DNA of 33,180 bases. It comes from Octopus bimaculoides. Its lineage: Eukaryota. Positions 26,075-33,180 of the stretch are shown in pieces (positions within the stretch are counted from its first letter, which is position 1; each line of letters begins with the position of its first letter). The stretch spans positions 20,648,348 to 20,681,527 of the forward strand of contig NC_069006.1 of NCBI RefSeq assembly GCF_001194135.2. Direction: 5' to 3'. Under the pieces are notes generated by a model. That model did not search any database. It saw only the letters and a program-made list of their open reading frames with translations, and had not been told where the DNA came from. The translations under genes were made by a program, and so were the position numbers.

Positions 26075-26320
26075 CATCACTACTTCACCTACCAGCAGCA
26101 ATATATTTTTTTTCCAATCACCCCCTCCTCACCACTTTCAATTCCTCCACTGGCAATCATCATCATCACCATCACCACCAACATCATCAGCGGCAGCAAC
26201 AACAACAACAGCATTCACATCATCTTTATCATCGTCATCACCATTATCACCACCATAACGCCCGACCCGCATCCACCTCCCTCGCTACCCACCACCACCA
26301 CCACCACCACCACTATTACT
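26075..26320. repeat. CAT/CAC/CAA triplet low-complexity tract
   Basis: Directly visible; gives poly-H and poly-Q in translation. Confidence 0.85.
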
Positions 26321-26443
26321 AAGGTTTCATAGCTTTCAGAAGACAATACGAACCTCATTCCCCAATTTCCTCTGCAACACATACACAATAATCATGAAGA
26401 CAATGGAATTGTGTCTGTCTGGGTATCTTGGCTGTTTCTTATA

Positions 26444-26477
<34 letters not shown>

Positions 26478-26910
26478 NNNNNNNNNNNNNNNNNNNNNNN
26501 NNNNNNNNNNNNNNNNNNNNNNNNNNNNNNNNNNNNNNNNNNNNNNNNNNNNNNNNNNNNNNNNNNNNNNNNNNNNNNNNNNNNNNNNNNNNNNNNNNNN
26601 NNNNNNNNNNNNNNNNNNNNNNNNNNNNNNNNNNNNNNNNNNNNNNNNNNNNNNNNNNNNNNNNNNNNNNNNNNNNNNNNNNNNNNNNNNNNNNNNNNNN
26701 NNNNNNNNNNNNNNNNNNNNNNNNNNNNNNNNNNNNNNNNNNNNNNNNNNNNNNNNNNNNTATTACATGGTAAAGTGACTGTGACCTCGAAGTTCTGTCA
26801 AAGCACCTGTATACATACATGCTGGTACATATAGACGCATATACGCGCATACATAAACATGTGTGCGAGTGTACATGTACATATGTACACATATATATAT
26901 ATGTAATTTT

Positions 26911-27141
26911 TTTTCTTTATTGCCCACAGGGAGCTAAGCATAGAGGGAACAAACAAGGACAGACAAAGGGTTTCAGTCGATTACATCGACCCCAGTGCGT
27001 AACTGGTACTTATTTAATCGACCCCGAAAGGATGAAAGGCAAAGTCGACCTCAGCAGAGTTTGAACTCACAACGTAACGCTAGACGAAATACCGCTAAGC
27101 ATTTTGCCCGGCGTGCTAACGATTCTGCCAGCTCGCTCGCC
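26911..27141 (-). mobile_element. SINE family B, full length, with a 13-bp TSD
   Basis: TATATGTAATTTT occurs at 26898-26910 and at 27142-27154. Confidence 0.93.
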
Positions 27142-27154
27142 TATATGTAATTTT

Positions 27155-27329
27155 ATTTGTTTGTCATTTGACTGGGACCATGCTGGAGCAATGCCTTTTA
27201 GTCGAAGAAGTCGACCCTCGGACTTAATCTTTGAAAGCCTGATAGTTATTATATCAGTCTCTTAAGCCGAACCACTAGGTTACGGGGATGTAGCCACACC
27301 AACATCGGCTCCCAAGCGATGGTTGTGGT
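27155..27329 (-). mobile_element. SINE family A 3' half, diverged
   Basis: CATTTGACTGGGACCATGCTGGAGCAATGCC...GGTTACGGGGATGTAGCCACACCAACATCGG. Confidence 0.75.
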
Positions 27330-27404
27330 GGTGGTGGTGTGGTAAACTAGGCACAAAGATCGTGAGTGTAACAGCCTGGCCACAAGGCTACGCACTTTAA
27401 CCAC

Positions 27405-27575
27405 CATCAACATCTGAACGGGATGCCAGTCTGTCACAGGATTACCTGTTTACATCTGAGTAGACTGGACCAACGCGAAACGAAGTATGTCGCTCAAGAA
27501 CGCAATGCGCCACTCGGTCCGGTCCCGTCCGGTCCGGAAATCGAAACCGTGCAACATCCGAACTTCTCGGTCACG
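27405..27575 (-). mobile_element. Probable third SINE family (tRNA-like B-box plus central domain)
   Basis: The minus strand has GGTTTCGATTTCC, then GCATTGCGTTCTTGAGCGACATACTTCGTTTCGCGTTGGTCCAGTCTACTCAG...CCTGTGACAGACTGGCATCCCGT. It resembles CORE/V-type SINE bodies from memory, but there is only one copy here. Confidence 0.5.
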
Positions 27576-27789
27576 TGCCCTCGCTCTATTTCATAGATTA
27601 TAATTTTCATTTTGCACGAAGAATAAAAAAAAGTTCGAGCGGAATACTCGTCCACTATGATGAGTTGGTTAGTTTTTTTTTTGATCGAACACCTGGCAAA
27701 GTCATTGCCGGGAACGATGGGAAATTCATCACATTACATTTAAATATACTGATCCAAATATATCTTTACGGAAATCTGGTACCGATTGC

Positions 27790-27990
27790 AGAGGTGGTGG
27801 TGGTGGTGGTGGTGGTGGTGGCAGCGCCGGTGGTGTTTGTGTTGGTAATGGCGGCGGCGGCGGTGTCGGTGGTAGGTAATAGCGGTGTTGGTGTTGATAA
27901 TGATAATAACAGACGATAATGAGGATGTTGATGATGATGATGATGATGATGATGGCGATGGTGGTGGGAATGACGATTATGATGATAACA
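27790..27990. repeat. GGT/GGC/GAT triplet tract
   Basis: Directly visible. Confidence 0.85.
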
Positions 27991-28132
27991 GGAATAACTT
28001 TAAAAGAAAAACAATGACGAGAAGTTATAGAAAAATATTAGTATTTTCTTACGCGGGTGGGTGGATGGAACAAGAAAAAAAAGGGGTTGGGGTTGAATAA
28101 TTGAGAAAAAAAAACAAAAACAAAAAACATAT

Positions 28133-28530
28133 AGGCGCAGGAGTGGCTGTGTGGTAAGTAGCTTGCTTATCAACCACATGGTTCCGGGTTCAGTCCCACT
28201 GCGTGGCACCCTGAGCAAGCGTCTTCTACTGTAGCCTCGGACCGACCAAAGCATTGTGACTGGATTTGGTAGACGGAAACTGGAAGAAGCCCGACGTATA
28301 TATGTATATGTATGTGTATATGTTTGTGTGTCTGTGTTTGTTCTTCCCCCACCCAACACCGCTTGACAACCGATGCTGGTGTGTTTACGTCCCCCGTAAC
28401 TTAGCGGTTCGGCAAAAGAGAGCCATAGAATAAGTACTAGGTTTATAAAGGAATAAGCTCTGGGGTCGATTTGCTCGACTAAAGGCGCTGCTCCAGCATG
28501 GCCGGAGTCAAATAACTTAAACAAGTAAAA
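28133..28530 (+). mobile_element. SINE family A, full length
   Basis: AGGCGCAGGAGTGGCTGTGTGGTAAG head with A/B boxes through the ...CCAGCATGGCCGGAGTC...ACAAGTAAAA tail. Confidence 0.93.
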
Positions 28531-28849
28531 ACGTACTTACACACAAATACAGCACAACGAATTAGATATGTACGTATGTACACACACACACACACACACA
28601 CACAAACGTACCTATTCTAAGAATCAAGATGATGAAATTTTCGCCTCAAAATAAATGATGGAGGGGAATACTTAAGAAAGGGCGAAAGAAAAAAAAATGT
28701 GACTCAAATATATTCTTCGAGAATCAAAGCGATGAAGTGGAACCCAATTTGGAGTCGTGGATAAGAAATAGTTCTTAGAAAGTAAAATACATAGGCATTA
28801 AGATTGTTGGGATCAAACCAAAGTTAAAGCATTTTGATATGTAGGGTAC

Positions 28850-28972
28850 GGACGATCGAAACGAATCAACCCCCACTATTTTGTTTTAACCTGGGACCTA
28901 TTCAAACCCTCGAGATCTGCTCCGTTACGGAGACGAGAAGACACCAACATCGGTTGCCAGGCAGTGAGAAAC
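28850..28972 (-). mobile_element. Very old SINE family A 3' fragment
   Basis: The minus strand reads CTGCCTGGCAACCGATGTTGGTGTCTTCTCGTCTCCGTAAC. Confidence 0.55.
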
Positions 28973-29351
28973 GAATGCAAACACATACACACACTATAAG
29001 CTTTCACATAGTTCCGGACGATGAAATTATGACAGAGAGGGAGTGATAGAGAGGGAGAGGGAGGGAGAGAGAGAGAAAGTGTGAGTGTGTGTATTGCTAT
29101 CTGTGATTCATACTTAAAGCATATATCGTTGAAAGCCTAACAAACTGCAGTATTCATCCCAAGATAACATCTCTTTTAGACGTACAGCGTTAAAAAGCAG
29201 AGAAATCTATACATAAGCGGCCTACGTTAATCATCAATAGGAAAAACCGACCGATCCTACTTGTTGCTGACAGAAATACGCTCTGTTAATGAATTTCAAG
29301 TCGTTAATCATTGATAATCTGGAAATACCACTCTAAGCCCACTTACCCCAC

Positions 29352-29396
<45 letters not shown>

Positions 29397-29398
<2 letters not shown>

Positions 29399-29720
29399 CC
29401 TATCGGGTGTTGTTATACATCGTTCGTCAAAATGCGTTTCCAGTTCTTTTTCGATGGCGTTCTACTTTCGTCCATTTCGGCCCAAATCGTTTAACTAAAT
29501 AGTCTTCCAATCGTCGTAGAGGCCTTTCAATTGACCCCTTTTTGGCAACTGCACAGGTTCACTAGTTCTTTGTGAACCTTTCCGGCTCAGCGGAACACGT
29601 GATTTCAGTAATCTGCGATCATGTCGTTCACTCAGTTCCGTTCTCGAACGATCTCATTTCGGATATGCTCTCGCAATTGTATCCCTAGCATGGAATTTTC
29701 CACGACCCTTTGCAGCACGA
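29397..29720 (-). mobile_element. RTE-clade LINE, non-inverted 3' segment (ORF2 C-terminus and short 3' end before (TA)n)
   Basis: The minus strand gives VLQRVVENSMLGIQLREHIRNEIVRERN*VNDMIADY*NHVFR*AG, then RFTKN**TCAVA...RPLRRLEDYLVKRFGPKW. This is the typical RTE C-terminus (QRAMERSMLGISLR.HIRNE...RWAGHVAR...GRPPRRW). Confidence 0.88.
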
Positions 29721-29980
29721 AGCCAAAATAGAGATGGGAAGCGATGAAATTGAGGAGGTAAATGGGTACGTCTACTTAGGGCACACAAACAAATATGCGT
29801 CCAGACATGGATGTTGAAAGCTCGAAAGCAGTAAGGGTAGGATGGAAGGCGTTTAAAACCTCGACAAAGGACGAGCTCAAAGCAACACTGGACAAGACCA
29901 TACCTGCCAGACTCTTTAATACCACCGTCCAACACGCGCAAGTGAAACGTGGGTGACTACAAAACGGACGAACATCGATC
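29716..29980 (+). mobile_element. RTE-clade LINE, inverted upstream segment (end of RT and thumb region)
   Basis: With frameshifts the plus strand gives HEAKIEMGSDEIEEVNGYVYLGH / NMRPDMDVESSKAVRVGWKAF...LDKTIPARLFNTTV / ASETWVTTK / DEHR. Confidence 0.88.
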
Positions 29981-30002
29981 ATACACACATAAAAGACACA
30001 TT

Positions 30003-30367
30003 GGCGATCTTACGGTACGAGTCCTAAATATCGGCCTTTTCCGTAAAAAGTGTCTTCGGCGATCTTTACCAAACATCGGCCTTTTCCGTAAAAAGTGTTG
30101 GAGAGAAACAGGGAAACGATGTCATAACAGCGAAAGACATGCAGAGAGCGCGATTTGCGCGATTTATTTTGAAGGGTTTAGATTTAGGGTTAGGATTAGG
30201 GTTTGGGAATTCCGTCCCTAACCGTAACCGTAACCCTAAAACCCTAACCCTAACACCGTAGTGAAGATCGTGCGGGAGTTACGGAAAGGGCCGATCTTTG
30301 GTAAAGATCGCCGAAGACACTTTTTACGGAAAAGGCCGATATTTAGGACTCGTACCGTAAGATCGCC
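30003..30367. mobile_element. Non-autonomous DNA transposon (MITE), 365 bp, 89-bp TIRs, 8-bp TSD; Merlin-like
   Basis: The TIRs at 30003-30091 and 30279-30367 differ at 2 positions. The TSD GACACATT lies at 29995-30002 and 30368-30375. The termini are 5'-GG, and there is no coding capacity. Confidence 0.92.
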
Positions 30368-31041
30368 GACACATTAAAGAAATAGTTGTTCAAATGAGGC
30401 AATGAGTAGACCGTGGCATTTGCGTAGGAATTTACAGGCTGAAATCACCTTAAAAAAACTTAGAAATAGAATAATAAAGAAATAAACTGGTGAAAAAGTG
30501 TAAAAGAAAAACGAAGAAGAAAAAAGGAAGAAAAAAAAGTAGATAAAAAGCAGTTGCCCCCAGCATCCGTTACTATTTCTCAATTTTTGATGAGAGGAGT
30601 GGTTCACTGTTACATTATTCCTACTCCTACTCCTCATTTTTTTCTTCATCCCACCTATCCTTGCTCATTTCCACCTCAAGCTTAACTCCTCACCTTCGTT
30701 CACTCTCTCACACAGCACTATACTCGCTTTTCCTTCATCTATCCATGTGTCTCTCTCTGTTTTGTTAACGAAACTCTTACCCTATCTTCCTGTCTTGCTC
30801 ACGTATTCTCTATCTCTAACACACACACACTCTCTCTCTCTCTCTTACTAATTCTCTCTCTGTATATCTGGCTCTGCCCCCTCCCCTTCTTCGTCTATAT
30901 AGCTAATGTTCCTGAAACGATTTTCCTTTTACCATCATCAAATAAATCCATCGTTCCTTTGATGTCTGTATGTTTGCGGAATAAACAGACAGTTCTTTTT
31001 TTTTTCATTCCTCTTATATAACAAATAAATAAATAGAAACC

Positions 31042-31091
<50 letters not shown>

Positions 31092-31625
31092 AAGAAAGAG
31101 AGAGAGATGAGGAGAGACAGACAGACAGCGAGAAAGAGGATGAAAAAGAGGGAGAGCGAACGAGAGAGAGAGAGAGAGAGAGAAAAGAGAGCGAACGATG
31201 GATAAAGAGAGTGAGAATTAGAGAGGGAGAGACGGGGAACAAAATGTGCGAAAGAACAAGACAGAGAAAATATGAGAGTGAGAGTCCCAGGACGAAATGT
31301 ATATCGCATGCAGATAAATCTAAATAGTTATTTCAGTTATTGCTAGTGTTGTTGTTGTTTGCATTGGATACGTTAGAGCGTTGGCGGAGGTTTGCGCTCT
31401 CTGAATGCTATTATTATTATAATCATTATTACTTTTCTCTATTTGGGAACATTTTACAAGAGATCGCTCTCTGTGAGTCGTGCAGTGCAATCTGGAGTTC
31501 AACCCTCAGAATCAGAAAAACTATAGAAAGGACGGTTGCACGGAAAACAAGGATCTCGCTGGGTCCTGACTATGTGCCCCTATTATAACTACAGCTCTTG
31601 TTTTGCTAATATTGACCTTATAAGG

Positions 31626-32070
31626 AAGGCGGCGAGCTGGCAGAAATGTTAGCACACCGGGCGAAATGCTTAGCGGTATTGCGTCTGTCTTTACGTCCCG
31701 AGTTCAAATTTGGCTGAGGTCGACTTTGCCTTTCATCCTTTCGGGGTCGATAAATTAAATACCAGTTGCGTACTGAGGGNNNNNNNNNNNNNNNNNNNNN
31801 NNNNNNNNNNNNNNNNNNNNNNNNNNNNNNNNNNNNNNNNNNNNNNNNNNNNGAAGGCGGCGAGCTGGCAGAAATGTTAGCACACCGGGCGAAATGCTTA
31901 GCGGTATTGCGTCTGTCTTTACGTCCCGAGTTCAAATTTGGCTGAGGTCGACTTTGCCTTTCATCCTTTCGGGGTCGATAAATTAAATACCAGTTGCGTA
32001 CTGAGGGTCGATCTAATCGACTGGCCCCGCCCGCCTAAAAATTTCGGGTCTTGTGCCTGGAGTAGAAAAG
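31626..32070 (+). mobile_element. SINE family B (tail type 2) with an 18-bp TSD; the first about 155 bp are repeated across the gap
   Basis: AATATTGACCTTATAAGG (31608-31625) and AATATTGACCTAATAAGG (32071-32088) flank the element. 31625-31779 is identical to the sequence starting at 31853. Confidence 0.92.
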
Positions 32071-32476
32071 AATATTGACCTAATAAGGACCAATTTTGAC
32101 GAATGGTTCAGGACTCACAACAGTGTAAAACCGTTAATCTGGTGAATTCAGAGACATGAAGGGCAAACGTTGCATACATATGTATGTTTGCTTCTGTTTT
32201 TTTTAATCCTTCCTCTAAGGAAGGAGCTGGTTTCGAACAAAGACACAAAATTCCATCGTTGCAATGTTGATAACGAAAACAATGTCACATTTTAAACTCG
32301 AGAAATATCTTGCATTTTCTTATTGTTCCGTTTACAGATTGTAATTGTAATGTGTGAGGTGGCGGATTTGCTTTCCTGAAAATCCAAGCTTGTACCAATT
32401 AGGATTGGTACCAAATGTACCAATTAGTATTGGCATAGATATAAGCTTGTAATCTGGATATAGAAACTGACGGTTT

Positions 32477-32503
32477 CGAACGAACGAACGAACGAACGAA
32501 CGT
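32477..32503. repeat. (CGAA)n microsatellite
   Basis: CGAACGAACGAACGAACGAACGAACG. Confidence 0.9.
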
Positions 32504-32888
32504 ACGTCAGTATTCAGTTTCATTTCAAGGCCAATAGAGAAAGAGCCGGTTTCTAACCTAGCTGCAATTCTCCTTCATTGAAATTTCAACATCAACAACA
32601 GGGTATTTTTGTATGTATGNNNNNNNNNNTCTAAGTGGGAATATGCGTGTGGGTGGGTGTTGGTGTAGAAATATGTGCGTATGTAATTTTTCGCTGTATA
32701 ATATCTTCTCACAAGACTTCTTTCTGTTTAACGACTAAATTATTCGAAAAATACGAATTTCAAGTTTCAATAGAACATTCCAGAAAGAATTACATTTCGC
32801 TACGCGTAAGAAAAATAAACAGCCGGATATGAAGTCAGTTTGAAGTGCCATGCACGAACTCCCAGCTCTTGTGAAAAGGGTTTATATA

Positions 32889-32914
<26 letters not shown>

Positions 32915-32920
<6 letters not shown>

Positions 32921-32985
32921 CAAGTATATATATATACAAGTAGATATATATACAAGTAGATATATATACAAGTAGATATATATGT
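32915..32985. repeat. 16-bp minisatellite (CAAGTAGATATATATA)
   Basis: About four tandem units are visible. Confidence 0.8.
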
Positions 32986-33076
32986 ACACATATATAATTT
33001 ATAACTATATATACACATATATACAAATATATATATATTCACATACAAGTAAATATATATGTACACATACATACAA

Positions 33077-33113
<37 letters not shown>

Positions 33114-33180
33114 AATATAAAAATGGAACAAAAACGCAATAGAGGGCATTAAAATGTTACACATACAATATATATATATA

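Noticed and set aside
25975-26322. Poly-His/poly-Gln ORF resembling a transcription-factor tract
   Set aside because: It starts in a TG/TA microsatellite, has no domain or clear splice sites, and similar triplet tracts occur throughout the window.
29949-30221. ORF with duplicated NIGLFRKKC
   Set aside because: It reflects the subrepeat in the MITE TIR and is not a transposase.
31340-31588. 82-aa ORF in unique sequence
   Set aside because: I recognise no homology or clear exon boundaries, and the length is within chance expectation.

Overview
Draft-assembly eukaryotic DNA with 15 N-gaps totalling about 4.1 kb (about 12% of the window). It is AT-rich and saturated with (TA)n, (CA)n, (GA)n, (GATA)n and triplet repeats, plus roughly 20 full or partial copies of two main tRNA-derived SINE families. 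From memory (not a database search) these SINEs and the repeat landscape match an Octopus genome, in intronic or intergenic sequence. No host protein-coding gene, rRNA, true tRNA or CRISPR array can be supported; nearly all ORFs in the track are artefacts of microsatellites, SINEs or N-runs. The informative content is mobile-element architecture that the ORF track misses: (1) an RTE-clade LINE 3' end with a 5' inversion whose two pieces are contiguous in the protein (twin-priming-like), 29397-29980; (2) a 365-bp MITE with 89-bp TIRs, an exact 8-bp TSD, GG termini and a head-to-head telomere-like core, 30003-30367; (3) an R4/Dong-like LINE C-terminus whose 5' end is repeated in tandem as a 99-bp unit, 11423-11686; (4) a probable Penelope-like relic with a GLYRDDG RT motif between 124-bp inverted repeats and next to a degenerate hammerhead-like motif, 7736-8835; (5) a second long inverted duplication, 22990-24155. 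I found no convincing novel protein-based system; the best leads are these element structures.
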